DNA of 46,821 nucleotides from Candidatus Staskawiczbacteria bacterium RIFOXYD1_FULL_32_13 (GCA_001820485.1 MHPU01000026.1:17873-64693), one strand, 5' to 3'; shown: positions 1-9,895, counted from the stretch's first letter. Translations and numbers: made by a program. The notes: a model not told the origin generated them from the letters alone.

Positions 1-591
1 TCTAATATAAGAACTTAATGCATTAGCTAAATGGCTTTTATCTTTTTCATGAATATCTTGTTTTTTATCATCTCCTAAATAACTCTTTCTTCTTTCCTGT
101 TTCTTTGTATCTGTAATTTTATTTGCTAATTTTAATGAAAATTCAGCAGAAGTTTTTAAAATAAAAGTGCAATCTGGCTTAGGTATTTTAAACAAACCAT
201 ACTCTAAATTATATAACCAATTTACATATTTTCTCCAACTTTTTATATTTTTTATTTTTCCTCCTTGGTGACCAATATTTGAAACTAAATATCTATCCGA
301 TATTACAATTTTACCTTCATTTAGCCACTTCCTAATTTTAAAACTAGCATCGTATCTATCACAAGCATAAAAAATTGAAGCAACATAAGGACCAACATCC
401 TTAGCCTCTCCATATTTACCAATTAAATATTCATCTACTAAACCAGACGATTTTTCTCCGTGCTGTGGAAAGTCTATTTTCTCAACTTTATAACCTTTAT
501 TATTTAAATATTCACTTAAAAGCTTTGTCTGTGTTGATTTACCGCCACCATCAATTCCTTCAAATACAAAAAATTTACCTTTTTTAGCCAT
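1..591 (-). CDS. tmk: Thymidylate kinase (3' end runs off the window)
   Basis: Not in the ORF track. Manual translation from ATG at 591 gives MAKKGKFFVFEGIDGGGKSTQ (P-loop), later IDFP, CDRY and ISDRY, typical of dTMP kinase. Open to base 1. Confidence 0.9.
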   Translation of the reverse strand, partial: MAKKGKFFVFEGIDGGGKSTQTKLLSEYLNNKGYKVEKIDFPQHGEKSSGLVDEYLIGKYGEAKDVGPYVASIFYACDRYDASFKIRKWLNEGKIVISDRYLVSNIGHQGGKIKNIKSWRKYVNWLYNLEYGLFKIPKPDCTFILKTSAEFSLKLANKITDTKKQERRKSYLGDDKKQDIHEKDKSHLANALSSYIR

Positions 592-1132
592 AAATTTTAT
601 CAATTAATTCTTTAATTTTTATATAAAATTCTTCCTTTGTGCCATTGTTTTCTATTTTATAATCAGCACGCTGAGCAATAGACAAAATTTGTTGTTCAGC
701 TTCAGCCCCGCACAATTCTAAAAATTTTTCAAATGGCACATCGTCATCAGATTTTTCTTTACGCAAAATAACTCTTTCCCATCTTTTTTTTATATCTGCA
801 GTCACATAAATTAGCTTACCGCCAATATTCATTAAAGCATCAAAATCAGCTGGCCTTCTTACGCCATTTAAAATAATTATTCCTTCAGAAATATTACTTA
901 TTTTTTTCACTAATGCTTTTACTAAAATATCTCCTCCAAATCTTTCACGTAATACAGAACTTAGCCACTGTTGATCTTCACGTTTTATGTCATCAGAAAA
1001 AATTTTTAAAGCTTCTGTCAAACCATCGGAAAACCTTAAAAAATGAACATTTTCATAATTTTCTTTTACAAAGTTACAAAAAGTATCTTTTCCAGAACCA
1101 ATTTCACCCACCACACCAATTATTTTTTTCAT
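584..1132 (-). CDS. P-loop nucleoside-monophosphate / dephospho-CoA kinase-like protein
   Basis: GVVGEIGSGKDT P-loop, GVRR motif, DYKIENNGT C-terminus; nucleotide-metabolism context. Confidence 0.7.
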   Translation of the reverse strand: MKKIIGVVGEIGSGKDTFCNFVKENYENVHFLRFSDGLTEALKIFSDDIKREDQQWLSSVLRERFGGDILVKALVKKISNISEGIIILNGVRRPADFDALMNIGGKLIYVTADIKKRWERVILRKEKSDDDVPFEKFLELCGAEAEQQILSIAQRADYKIENNGTKEEFYIKIKELIDKIYG

Positions 1133-1136
1133 TATT

Positions 1137-1763
1137 TTATTTACTTAATATTACATTTTCTAATTCTTTTAAATTGCGCACTAAATAATCAGGATTTAAT
1201 AATTTTAATCTATCTTCAGGATAAAATCCCCAGGTAACAGCTACTGTTTTAATCCCAGCAATTTTACCAACTTCAATTTCATGATTTGTATCGCCAATAA
1301 AAACAGTTTCTTTGGGCTTAAATTTATTTTTCGAAATTAAATTGTGTATCTCTTCTGCTTTATCATGAACTTTACAAAATACATCCCTAAAAATACCTGT
1401 AAGTTCAAATTTCTTAATTTCTTGCAAAAGCGTTTCTGGTGGATCTGAACTTAAAACTGTCATCTCAATTCCATTTAATTTAAATTTTTTTATAAGTTCA
1501 ACTATGCCTGGATAAACTTTCGCTAGCGGACAATTATTATCAAAAATTGCCTGATAATAAATTTTTTGTTCTTGGTCTAAAGTCATATTTGGATAATATT
1601 TATTCCAAAATTTCATATATGGTTGCTCCCAATTTTGCCTCATTTCCTCAAGTTCAATTCTTTGCCCTCCAAGATTTTCAAACATTTTATTTACCACCCA
1701 AACATGATCATCAACAGCATCTTTAATTACCCCAGACCAATCAAAAATAATATTCTTAATCAT
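1137..1763 (-). CDS. HAD-superfamily hydrolase (phosphoglycolate-phosphatase-like)
   Basis: IIFDWSGVI motif I variant, FIGDTNHEI motif IV, AVTWGF. Confidence 0.85.
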   Translation of the reverse strand: MIKNIIFDWSGVIKDAVDDHVWVVNKMFENLGGQRIELEEMRQNWEQPYMKFWNKYYPNMTLDQEQKIYYQAIFDNNCPLAKVYPGIVELIKKFKLNGIEMTVLSSDPPETLLQEIKKFELTGIFRDVFCKVHDKAEEIHNLISKNKFKPKETVFIGDTNHEIEVGKIAGIKTVAVTWGFYPEDRLKLLNPDYLVRNLKELENVILSK

Positions 1764-2383
1764 TTTAAATTTTTTAAATATTCTTCATAAACTACTTTCA
1801 TCCAAGGACTGTAACTTAAATTATTTTCAATTTCTTTTAGCTCAAAAAGCTTACCCTCCATCTTGTCTGTTTCTATAACATTTATATCTAAACTATCGCC
1901 TACAAAGTGAAACACCAAACCCAAGTGCACTTTTTCTACAGGGCCAGAATCATCGTTTATTATACCAACTAATTTTTTTTGTAGTAAATTACCCTTGAAA
2001 TCCACTTCTTCTTGCCATTCACGCATCATGCCTTGATCCAAAATATTTTTATCAGAAACAATATCATCTTTATTTATATGTCCGCCTATTCCAAGCTGAT
2101 AATTATTGTTTACCAATCTCTGCTCACCAGCATTAGCTAAATATTTATATGCAAAAAACTTATCTTCAAAACTAAATAAAATATATGGAATTATTTGCTG
2201 GTAACTATTGTCCTCTTCTACATCACCCCTTCTTTTAAATTCATAGTTTTTGTTTATTAAATCAAGATAATATTCTAAATTATCTTTTTTAAGCCCCTGC
2301 CAAATCCCTTCCTTAAAAATAATATCAGACTTTACCACTAAAACTTTTTCATCATTTTTATCCATAATTTTATTGATTTTCAT
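1760..2383 (-). CDS. NUDIX/MutT-like phosphoesterase (YmaB-like)
   Basis: QQIIPY, E.RL...GIGGHIN, REWQEEV, VEKVHLG motifs. The start may be the Met at 2365. Confidence 0.75.
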   Translation of the reverse strand: MKINKIMDKNDEKVLVVKSDIIFKEGIWQGLKKDNLEYYLDLINKNYEFKRRGDVEEDNSYQQIIPYILFSFEDKFFAYKYLANAGEQRLVNNNYQLGIGGHINKDDIVSDKNILDQGMMREWQEEVDFKGNLLQKKLVGIINDDSGPVEKVHLGLVFHFVGDSLDINVIETDKMEGKLFELKEIENNLSYSPWMKVVYEEYLKNLK

Positions 2384-2867
2384 ATTTTTCTACAGATTCA
2401 TCTAATACCACCAGCTCCACTCCAGCATTTTTTAAAAGCTCTAATGATTGTGCATCTGCATGATATCTTTTTTTTGCGACAACTTTTATTATGCCGACTC
2501 TAATAATCCTCATCGCACAATTCCAGCATGGAACCATTTTACAATAAACCGTAGCTCCCTCAAGCTTAATTCCATCTTTGGCACATTGCAAAATTGCATT
2601 TTCCTCAGCATGTAAGGTCCTTACACAATGCTGTTGTTGATGACCATCTTCATAAATAACCGTCCTCATTAAATGTCCAATCTCATCGCAATGTGCTTGT
2701 CCTGGGGGAGCTCCAATGTAACCTGTAGCCAATATTGTGTTGTGTTTTGACACAATTAAAGCACCACTTCTAGCTCTATCGCAACTCCCTCTACTTCCTA
2801 TTGGATCAACTAAATTTAGAAAATATTCATCCCAAGTAGGACGAACATATTTTATTTCTTCTGCCAT
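2370..2867 (-). CDS. dCMP deaminase (ComEB-like)
   Basis: RPTWDEYF, HAEENAI and PCWNC zinc-binding motifs. Confidence 0.9.
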   Translation of the reverse strand: MAEEIKYVRPTWDEYFLNLVDPIGSRGSCDRARSGALIVSKHNTILATGYIGAPPGQAHCDEIGHLMRTVIYEDGHQQQHCVRTLHAEENAILQCAKDGIKLEGATVYCKMVPCWNCAMRIIRVGIIKVVAKKRYHADAQSLELLKNAGVELVVLDESVEKYENQ

Positions 2868-2894
2868 ATTTTTAATAAATTAATTATAATAATT

Positions 2895-4001
2895 TTATTT
2901 ATTTGTAATATCCATAACTGCAAGCTCAAGTGGCAATTGCATAATAGAATTATATTTCATTTTAGTTTCTGCCTCAATAAAAATTTCTAACATATTTTGG
3001 ATATCTTTTTCCGCAAGTGCTGATATTTGCAAATTTATTTTCTCAACTTCTTTTTCTGAAAGCCCAGAATTTTGTAAATTTAAAAAGTTTGAATTAATTT
3101 TCAAAAGCATTGCTTGTCTTAAATAAAAAACTAAAGTTTTTGCAAATTCCTGCAAATCAACTCCGCTATCTACCATTGAGTTTAGATAAACAAGCGCCTC
3201 TTTGGCATTCTTTTGCAAAAGAAAATCCATAAATTGCGAAATTTGTACCACCTCAACAATTCCTAATAGTTCTTTTATTTCTTCTGTTTTTACTAATTTA
3301 TCCTTTCCGCAAAAACTAATACATTGATCAAGTAAAGTTTCCGCATCACGAAATGATCCGCGCGAGTTTAAAGCTATTAATGGCAAAACCGTATTTTCAA
3401 ATTTAATATTCTCTTTTTTTCCTATAAATTCTAATTTTTTTATAATTTCTGTGACTTGCAATCTTTTAAAATCAAATCTTTGACATCTTGAAATAATTGT
3501 AGGAAGCATTTTATGGGACTCCGTAGTAGCAAGTAAAAATATTGCATGAGCTGGTGGCTCTTCAAGAGTCTTAAGTAAAGCATTTACAGCTGATTTGGAA
3601 AGCTGGTGGCATTCATCAATAATAAATATTTTATATTTAGATTTTACTGGAGCAAATTTTATACCATCAATTAACTCCCTTACATCGTCCACCCCAGTGT
3701 GCGAAGCTGCATCAATCTCAAGCAAATCAATTGACTTACCAGCTGATATCTCCAAACAAGAATCACACTTGTTGCATGGTTCAAAAGAAGATAAATCATT
3801 GCAGTTTACAGCTTTAGCAAAAAGACGAGCTATAGAAGTTTTTCCGCTTCCTCTAGGCCCTGAGAACAAATAAGCGTGAGAAATATTCTTCCTTAAAATT
3901 GAATTAGTTAAAGTTTGCACAATATGATCTTGACCAATAATTTCTGCAAAACTCTGAGGTCTATATTTTCTATATAAAGCTATATTATTCATTTTTTTCA
4001 T
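2895..4001 (-). CDS. dnaX: DNA polymerase III subunit gamma/tau
   Basis: LYRKYRPQ, GPRGSGKT, C4 zinc module, EIDAAS, IIDECH, SRC motifs. Confidence 0.97.
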   Translation of the reverse strand: MKKMNNIALYRKYRPQSFAEIIGQDHIVQTLTNSILRKNISHAYLFSGPRGSGKTSIARLFAKAVNCNDLSSFEPCNKCDSCLEISAGKSIDLLEIDAASHTGVDDVRELIDGIKFAPVKSKYKIFIIDECHQLSKSAVNALLKTLEEPPAHAIFLLATTESHKMLPTIISRCQRFDFKRLQVTEIIKKLEFIGKKENIKFENTVLPLIALNSRGSFRDAETLLDQCISFCGKDKLVKTEEIKELLGIVEVVQISQFMDFLLQKNAKEALVYLNSMVDSGVDLQEFAKTLVFYLRQAMLLKINSNFLNLQNSGLSEKEVEKINLQISALAEKDIQNMLEIFIEAETKMKYNSIMQLPLELAVMDITNK

Positions 4002-4057
4002 TTATTATAAATTACCTTATTTATATATTTTAACAAATTTATAAAACATAACAAGTA

Positions 4058-4086
4058 TTGACTTTATCAATCAATTAAATTATAAT
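4058..4086 (+). promoter_or_regulatory. Sigma70-type promoter for an orphan sRNA
   Basis: TTGACT(4058-4063), 17 nt, TATAAT(4081-4086). Confidence 0.75.
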
Positions 4087-4092
4087 TCAATA

Positions 4093-4224
4093 ATTCACAC
4101 CGGCAATGTTTCACGGCTCATCTGAAGACCAAAGTCTGCCCTTAACCTGATGGAAGATTCGAAACTTCTGGTCTATATCAAACATTGCTATAGGACTTAC
4201 CGCTTGGTAAGTCCTTCTTTTTTT
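4093..4224 (+). ncRNA. Orphan structured small RNA (~130 nt)
   Basis: GC-richer block with no convincing ORF. Stems GGCAATGTTT/AAACATTGCT and AGACCA/TGGTCT, bounded by a consensus promoter and an intrinsic terminator. Confidence 0.6.
4192..4224 (+). terminator. Intrinsic terminator
   Basis: AGGACTTACC-GCTT-GGTAAGTCCT followed by TCTTTTTTT. Confidence 0.8.
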
Positions 4225-4231
4225 ACAAAAA

Positions 4232-4819
4232 CTATTTTTTAAATACAAAAAATTTATCTCCGCAAAAGTTCCAAATACCGGCTAAAACAGCTGAAATTAG
4301 AACGCTTAGTTTTTCCCAAATTACAAATAAAACTCCAAATTGAGGACTTATAACTTTTGTTAAGAAATAAAAAACTAATACATCAATTGTCAAACCAATT
4401 AAATTAGTTATTAAAAACTTTGTAAATTCTTTTTTTGATACACCTTCTTCATTTTTTTGAAAAGTCCAAAATTTATTACCAACATACTTTATTATAATTG
4501 CTAAAATAAAAGAAAAGGTTTTAATTATGATAGAGCTTAACAAATATAATTGCGGAAAAATCCAAGCTAAAAATAAAAAGGATTTTAAATCAACAATAGT
4601 GGCAAATACACCAACTAAAACATGCTTTCCTGCTTGGAAAACAAATAAATATTTTTTACCAATATTCTCAACTAATTGCAAGCAGAGTATTGAAGCAGCG
4701 GGTAAAATTAAAAATAAAATCCAACCAAAAATCCCAAGACTAAATCCATAAAAATTATTAATTAATTCAGCTACCAAAATCCCACAGAGTATTGAGAATA
4801 TTACATCAAACTTCTTCAT
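4232..4819 (-). CDS. GtrA-family membrane protein
   Basis: Multiple TM helices; GVFATIVD, NKFWTF and WNF..DKFFVFKK GtrA-like motifs. Confidence 0.8.
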   Translation of the reverse strand: MKKFDVIFSILCGILVAELINNFYGFSLGIFGWILFLILPAASILCLQLVENIGKKYLFVFQAGKHVLVGVFATIVDLKSFLFLAWIFPQLYLLSSIIIKTFSFILAIIIKYVGNKFWTFQKNEEGVSKKEFTKFLITNLIGLTIDVLVFYFLTKVISPQFGVLFVIWEKLSVLISAVLAGIWNFCGDKFFVFKK

Positions 4820-4836
4820 ATTTATATTATAATAGC

Positions 4837-5433
4837 TTATCTATGAAAGCCCAAGTCCGCTGGATTACCTGCACCAGAAATTAATTCTATTGCTCCCCCA
4901 TTTGCCTCAAATTGATATCTTAATTTTTTAACTTCATTTGAGAGCTCTATTGTTTCTTTGGGCAAATTATCTTTTTTAATATAACCTTTTGACCAAAAAT
5001 CAATTACTAATTTACTATCTCCAAAAATATTTTTTATATTATCTTTTATAGCAATTTCTAAAGCATATTTACAGGCCAATAATTCTCCAAAATTATTAGT
5101 TATTCCTTTTTCCAGTAAGCAAAATCCCCTATTATTTATTTTTTCTTTTGGCAAAACCTTGCTTAGTAAGCTTTTACCATTTTTATCTGTAACAGAAATT
5201 TCTACGCCATTGCCAGCCCCAGTGCCTGCATCAAAATAAATGCCATCTTTTACTGACAGGCGCTTTATTTCATATTTTGCCCCTAGCGACAGCCATAATT
5301 CTGCTTCCTCTTTTTTTACAAAACCTTTAAACTTTGCTCCTAACTTTCCAGAAACTAATTTCTGGCAATCTGGCCAATTATCAGTTACCCCACTCTTTCC
5401 ATTTACTAAATATGCATAAAATTTATTTTTCAT
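4837..5433 (-). CDS. RNase HI-like protein with N-terminal hybrid-binding (viroplasmin) domain
   Basis: KFYAY..GKSGV..NW..C...V.G....FKGF N-domain; YFDAGTG, TNNFGEL, GDSKLV and NPAD acidic catalytic-type motifs. Confidence 0.8.
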   Translation of the reverse strand: MKNKFYAYLVNGKSGVTDNWPDCQKLVSGKLGAKFKGFVKKEEAELWLSLGAKYEIKRLSVKDGIYFDAGTGAGNGVEISVTDKNGKSLLSKVLPKEKINNRGFCLLEKGITNNFGELLACKYALEIAIKDNIKNIFGDSKLVIDFWSKGYIKKDNLPKETIELSNEVKKLRYQFEANGGAIELISGAGNPADLGFHR

Positions 5434-5437
5434 AAAG

Positions 5438-6529
5438 TTATCTTCTAGATTTGATACTTTGTACTATTCCCAAACTTATAAAATTTGCTATAAGTCCAGA
5501 CCCACCATAGCTTATAAATGGCAAATAAATTCCAACAACTGGAAAAACCCCTATATTCATTCCAATATTAACTGTAAATTGTATAATTAGCATCAACACG
5601 AAACCAACACAAAAAAGTCTAGCAAAATTTGACTGAGATTCTATTGAAATCTTTAAAATTCTCCAAACAACATTCAAATAAAGCAAAAATAAAATAATTA
5701 CTCCGATTATTCCCCACTCTTCTGCTATTACAGAAAATATAAAATCTGTATGTGGCTCTGGCAAAAAACCATATTGAACCTGAGATCCATTTCCCAATCC
5801 TTGACCAAAAATCATACCAGATCCAATTGCAATTTTTGTTTGATTTTGACTCCAAGAGCCGCCCAAAGGATCATAAGGAAATACAAATGACAAAACCCTG
5901 TCTCTTTGATAATCTTTAAGTAAAAACTGCCAAGCAAGACCAGAGGCTAAAATAAAAATTAAAAATAAAATTAAAAAGTGTTTTAATTTAATTCCAGAAA
6001 CAGACAAAATTCCAGCCCACATTAAAACCAAAACCATAACCCCTCCTAAATCGGGTTTTATAAAAATTAATAAAGCTGGCAAAAAAACATAAAGTCCAGA
6101 AAATATAATATGCCTAAATTTATACATTTCAACATGTCTCATTGAAAAATATTTTGCCAGCAAAATTAATAAAATTATCTTAGTAGGTTCTATTGGGTCT
6201 AAAGAAAGACCACCAATTTTATACCACCCCCTAGTTCCTCTTATATCTGGAGCAAAAAAGTGAAGACCTGCTAAAAGTACCAAACATATAAAATAAAAAG
6301 ATAAAATTAAATAAGAATTATTTCTAAAAATTCTGTAATCTAAAAAACTTATCAAAATCATTAAAAAAAATCCAACAGCAAAAAATATAATTTGCTTTGT
6401 TAAATTAGAAAAATCTTCGCGAGCAACACAAGTACTATAAATAGCAAGCAAACCAAAACAAACTATCAGCACCACTGAAATAATCAAATTCCAATCCAAC
6501 TTCCTTAAATAACTAGTTAATAATCCCAT
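5438..6529 (-). CDS. rodA: SEDS peptidoglycan polymerase RodA
   Basis: About 10 TM helices; PDLG, YQRDR, AIGSG, LPEPHTDFIF, LPFISYGGS. Confidence 0.88.
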   Translation of the reverse strand: MGLLTSYLRKLDWNLIISVVLIVCFGLLAIYSTCVAREDFSNLTKQIIFFAVGFFLMILISFLDYRIFRNNSYLILSFYFICLVLLAGLHFFAPDIRGTRGWYKIGGLSLDPIEPTKIILLILLAKYFSMRHVEMYKFRHIIFSGLYVFLPALLIFIKPDLGGVMVLVLMWAGILSVSGIKLKHFLILFLIFILASGLAWQFLLKDYQRDRVLSFVFPYDPLGGSWSQNQTKIAIGSGMIFGQGLGNGSQVQYGFLPEPHTDFIFSVIAEEWGIIGVIILFLLYLNVVWRILKISIESQSNFARLFCVGFVLMLIIQFTVNIGMNIGVFPVVGIYLPFISYGGSGLIANFISLGIVQSIKSRR

Positions 6530-6582
6530 AAATTAAAGCAAAAAAATAATACAAACAATTAAAAAAATAAATTACATAGATT

Positions 6583-6620
6583 ATAACATCCTTACAAACT
6601 TGAGTATTTAAGGGTGTTAT
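6583..6620. promoter_or_regulatory. Imperfect palindrome, putative operator (copy 1), overlapping an extended -10 upstream of rodA
   Basis: ATAACATCCTTACAAACTTGAGTATTTAAGGGTGTTAT. Its 22-bp core is identical to 6970-6991. TGTTATAAT on the minus strand at 6580-6588. Confidence 0.6.
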
Positions 6621-6628
6621 TTGCGTTA

Positions 6629-6937
6629 TTACGTGACTTCCCTGAACGCCTTTAGAAAATCAACAAAAATTTTACCATAAGGCGAAAGCGTATGTTCAAC
6701 ATATCTTCCTTTATGTTTTTTGTTAATTAAGCCCGCAACAAAAAGTCTTCTAACATGCTCGCCTATTGTTTTTTCATTTGCCTCAAGTGTCTCAATAATT
6801 TTCTCAAGAGTTATACTTTCACTTTTATCAATCAAAAGCAAAATCTCAATTCTGTAATGATTAGCCAAACCCTTTAAATGTCGTTCTAGTTGACTCGGTG
6901 ATTTTAATTTTTTAGTATTTTTCTTTTCTTCAATCAT
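6629..6937 (-). CDS. ArsR-like winged-helix regulator
   Basis: KGLANHYRIEILLL...TIGEHVRRLFVAGLI..K..GRYV ArsR pattern. Confidence 0.8.
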   Translation of the reverse strand: MIEEKKNTKKLKSPSQLERHLKGLANHYRIEILLLIDKSESITLEKIIETLEANEKTIGEHVRRLFVAGLINKKHKGRYVEHTLSPYGKIFVDFLKAFREVT

Positions 6938-6961
6938 ATAATTTATTATAACACATATTAC

Positions 6962-6996
6962 ACACCCTCACAAACTTGAGTATTTAAGGGTATTAT
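6962..6996. promoter_or_regulatory. Imperfect palindrome, putative operator (copy 2), upstream of the ArsR-like gene
   Basis: ACACCCTCACAAACTTGAGTATTTAAGGGTATTAT. TGTTATAAT on the minus strand at 6945-6953. Confidence 0.6.
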
Positions 6997-7020
6997 ATCC
7001 TAATTTTATGACGAAATTTG

Positions 7021-9072
7021 CTATTTTAACATTTTTAAGAATTCTTCTTCAGAAACTATTTTTACTCCTAATTTTTCAGCTTTTGATAGTTTAGATCCAG
7101 CCTCAGCTCCTGCTACTACAAAACTGGTTTTATTAGATACTGATTCTGAAACATCGCCCCCTAATTCTCTAATTTTTTCCCTAGCAATATCACGAGACAT
7201 TGATTCTAAAGCACCAGTAAGTACGAAACTTAAGCCCTTTAATATCTCTTTCCTCCCATTAGCTTCCTGTTTTTTTATCTTAACTGCTTTCTCTAATTTA
7301 TTTAAAAACTTTATATTATCTTTATCGCTAAACCACTCTACAATTGATTTTGCAACAACTGGGCCTATATTTAAAACATTTTCTAAATCTTGTAATTTAA
7401 CGTTTCTTAAATTTTCAATTGATTTAAAAATTTTTGCCAAGTCAATGGCTGTTTCCTCTCCAACATTGCGAATTCCTAAAGCATATATAAATTTTGATAA
7501 AGTAATTTCTGATCTTTCTTTAATGGATTTTATTAAATTTTCTGCAGATTTTTCTCCAAATCTCTCAAGTCCTTCCAAATCCCCCTCTTTTAAAGAAAAA
7601 ATATCTGAAGGATCAGAAACTAAAGCTTCATCTAAAAGCCTATTTATAATTTTAGGGCCTAATCCCTCAATATCAAAAGCAGATTTAGAAACAAAATGAT
7701 AAAAATTCCTACGAGTTCTAGCAAAACATTTTGCATTAGGACAAAATAATATAATCCCTGTTTCTGACCCGCCTGCATCGCTACGCGAAACATTGCGGGC
7801 AGGTTTTTGTAACTTAGTCCCGCAAGCTGGACAAATTTCTGGCATTTTAAAAGATTTTTCTTTTCCAGTTCTTAATTCTGTTAGAACTCTGATAATATCT
7901 GGAATTACATCCCCAGCCCTTCCAACAATTACAGAATCTCCAATTTTAATACCCAATCTTTTTATTTCATCTTCATTGTGCAAAGTGGCTCTTGTAATTG
8001 TAGCTCCAGAAATATTAACTGGTTTTAAAACAGCAACCGGTGTGATTGCTCCAGTTCTTCCGACTTGAACTTTTATGTCTTCTACTTCTGTTGTAGCTTG
8101 AATCAAAGGAAATTTAAAAGCAATGCCTGCACGCGGAGCTTTACCTATAACTCCAAGTTTTTCAAAAATTTCATTGTTATTTACTAATACAACTATCCCA
8201 TCAATTTCATAACCTAAGGAAACTCTATTTTTTTGCCAATAATTATGAAAATGAAAAACTTCTTCTAAATTCTTGCAATATTTATTATTTTTATTTGTTT
8301 TAAATCCTAAATTTTCTAAAATTTTATGCTTATCCTCATGAGTCTTTTGACCCCAGCCTTCGCCAAGGCTACGGTGGGCAGGCAAAATTAAATCGTAAGC
8401 ATAAGAGTCCAACCTTCTTTCTGAAGTAACTTTTGGGTCAAGTTGTCTTACAGATCCTGCAACAATATTTCTTGGATTAGCATACAATGGCAGGCCCCTT
8501 TGCAATTGAAGTTTATTTATATTTTCAAACTCTTTTTTTGAAATAAAAGCCTCGCCTCTAATTGTTAAATTTTTTTTGTCTTTTATATTAAGTGGGATAG
8601 CTTGAATTGTTTTTAAATTTTGTGTTATATCTTCTCCAATTGCTCCATCTCCCCTAGTTGATCCTGTTTTTAAAAATCCATTTTCATAAATTAATTCAAT
8701 TGCTAAACCATCAATTTTTAACTCACAATAAAAATCAATTTTTTGTTTTTCTTTTTCTGTTAAAAGTTTAGAAAATCTATCTTGCCAAGACTGCATATCT
8801 TCCTTTGAAAAGGCATCATTAAAAGATAACATCCTTTCTTGATGCTTTATTTTTTTAAATTCTTTTTGAGCTTCTCCACCAATTCTTTGAGTTGGAGAAT
8901 CTTTAGTCATAAATTCTGGGTTTTCTTGCTCCAAATCAAAAAGCTCTTTTTTAAGAGAGTCGAGCGCTGAATCTGAAATTTCTTGTTTATCTTTTACATG
9001 ATAAAGATATCTATGATAATTAATCAATTCCTTTAACTTTTCTATTCTTTTTCTTATTTCTTGTTTGTTCAT
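7021..9072 (-). CDS. ligA: NAD-dependent DNA ligase
   Basis: ELKIDG adenylation motif, NPRN, OB, Zn-finger, HhH and BRCT domains. Confidence 0.98.
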   Translation of the reverse strand: MNKQEIRKRIEKLKELINYHRYLYHVKDKQEISDSALDSLKKELFDLEQENPEFMTKDSPTQRIGGEAQKEFKKIKHQERMLSFNDAFSKEDMQSWQDRFSKLLTEKEKQKIDFYCELKIDGLAIELIYENGFLKTGSTRGDGAIGEDITQNLKTIQAIPLNIKDKKNLTIRGEAFISKKEFENINKLQLQRGLPLYANPRNIVAGSVRQLDPKVTSERRLDSYAYDLILPAHRSLGEGWGQKTHEDKHKILENLGFKTNKNNKYCKNLEEVFHFHNYWQKNRVSLGYEIDGIVVLVNNNEIFEKLGVIGKAPRAGIAFKFPLIQATTEVEDIKVQVGRTGAITPVAVLKPVNISGATITRATLHNEDEIKRLGIKIGDSVIVGRAGDVIPDIIRVLTELRTGKEKSFKMPEICPACGTKLQKPARNVSRSDAGGSETGIILFCPNAKCFARTRRNFYHFVSKSAFDIEGLGPKIINRLLDEALVSDPSDIFSLKEGDLEGLERFGEKSAENLIKSIKERSEITLSKFIYALGIRNVGEETAIDLAKIFKSIENLRNVKLQDLENVLNIGPVVAKSIVEWFSDKDNIKFLNKLEKAVKIKKQEANGRKEILKGLSFVLTGALESMSRDIAREKIRELGGDVSESVSNKTSFVVAGAEAGSKLSKAEKLGVKIVSEEEFLKMLK

Positions 9073-9082
9073 AATATTTAAT

Positions 9083-9883
9083 CTACTGACCTGTTATTGG
9101 AAACTTTATAGATTCTCCACAATTGTTAAATATATCACAAGCCTTGATATAAACAAAATAATAACCATCTTGTAAACTCCATGTTCCTGCATAACTGTCT
9201 TCTACTCCCTCAGGTAAAATAAGCCATACAACATCAACATCTGGATCATTTGGATTATTAGAATTCCTAATATGTGCTTTTACACTTAAAGGATCTACCC
9301 CATCTATATCAATAACATCTGCTGAAATTACAACTAAACCTGCAGAATACATAGCTAATGGGTTATTTATAAAAGGATTTGAGGAAGATAGATCCTTATT
9401 TGCAATTTGTAAATTAATAGCTCTACTTGTATTTTTATAAAATCCTTTAACAGAAATATCTAAATTATAATAATCTCCATTAGGAAAAATTGTTGCTAAA
9501 GTTTCAAAATAAAGATTATTCTGAACATCAATAACGGTTTTATAAGAAACTCTACAACTTCTACAAAAATTACAATCTTCTCCTTCTGCGACACAATTTT
9601 GACAATCAGCTGGGAGGCAAGAATTGCATATATTACATACTCCACTAGCCACTCCTTCAGGGAAACTTGGAATTTTTTGTCTACTATAATATAAAGTTTT
9701 TTCAACACCAGAATCAGCCATATAAAATGCCACTAACGAATCTCCTAAATTTCTAATTTCTTTAAACTCATTTACTAAAATAGTGCTCAAACCCAAAACA
9801 ACTGACAAAATTGCTGTCATTATAAAAAATACCATTAATAAAGAAATTCCTGCCTGCGCAGTCAGGTCTTTTTGCTTTTGCAT
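9083..9883 (-). CDS. PilX-like minor pilin with C-terminal Ig-like domain
   Basis: AG|ISLLMV class III signal lacking E5, AFYMADSGVE PilX-type motif, Cys-rich insert. Confidence 0.75.
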   Translation of the reverse strand: MQKQKDLTAQAGISLLMVFFIMTAILSVVLGLSTILVNEFKEIRNLGDSLVAFYMADSGVEKTLYYSRQKIPSFPEGVASGVCNICNSCLPADCQNCVAEGEDCNFCRSCRVSYKTVIDVQNNLYFETLATIFPNGDYYNLDISVKGFYKNTSRAINLQIANKDLSSSNPFINNPLAMYSAGLVVISADVIDIDGVDPLSVKAHIRNSNNPNDPDVDVVWLILPEGVEDSYAGTWSLQDGYYFVYIKACDIFNNCGESIKFPITGQ

Positions 9884-9895
9884 ATTTAAAAATAT

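Noticed and set aside
4120..4175. Hammerhead-like words (CTGAAGA, CTGATGG, GAAAC, GTC)
   Set aside because: Stems I and II cannot be formed around the core in the required order.
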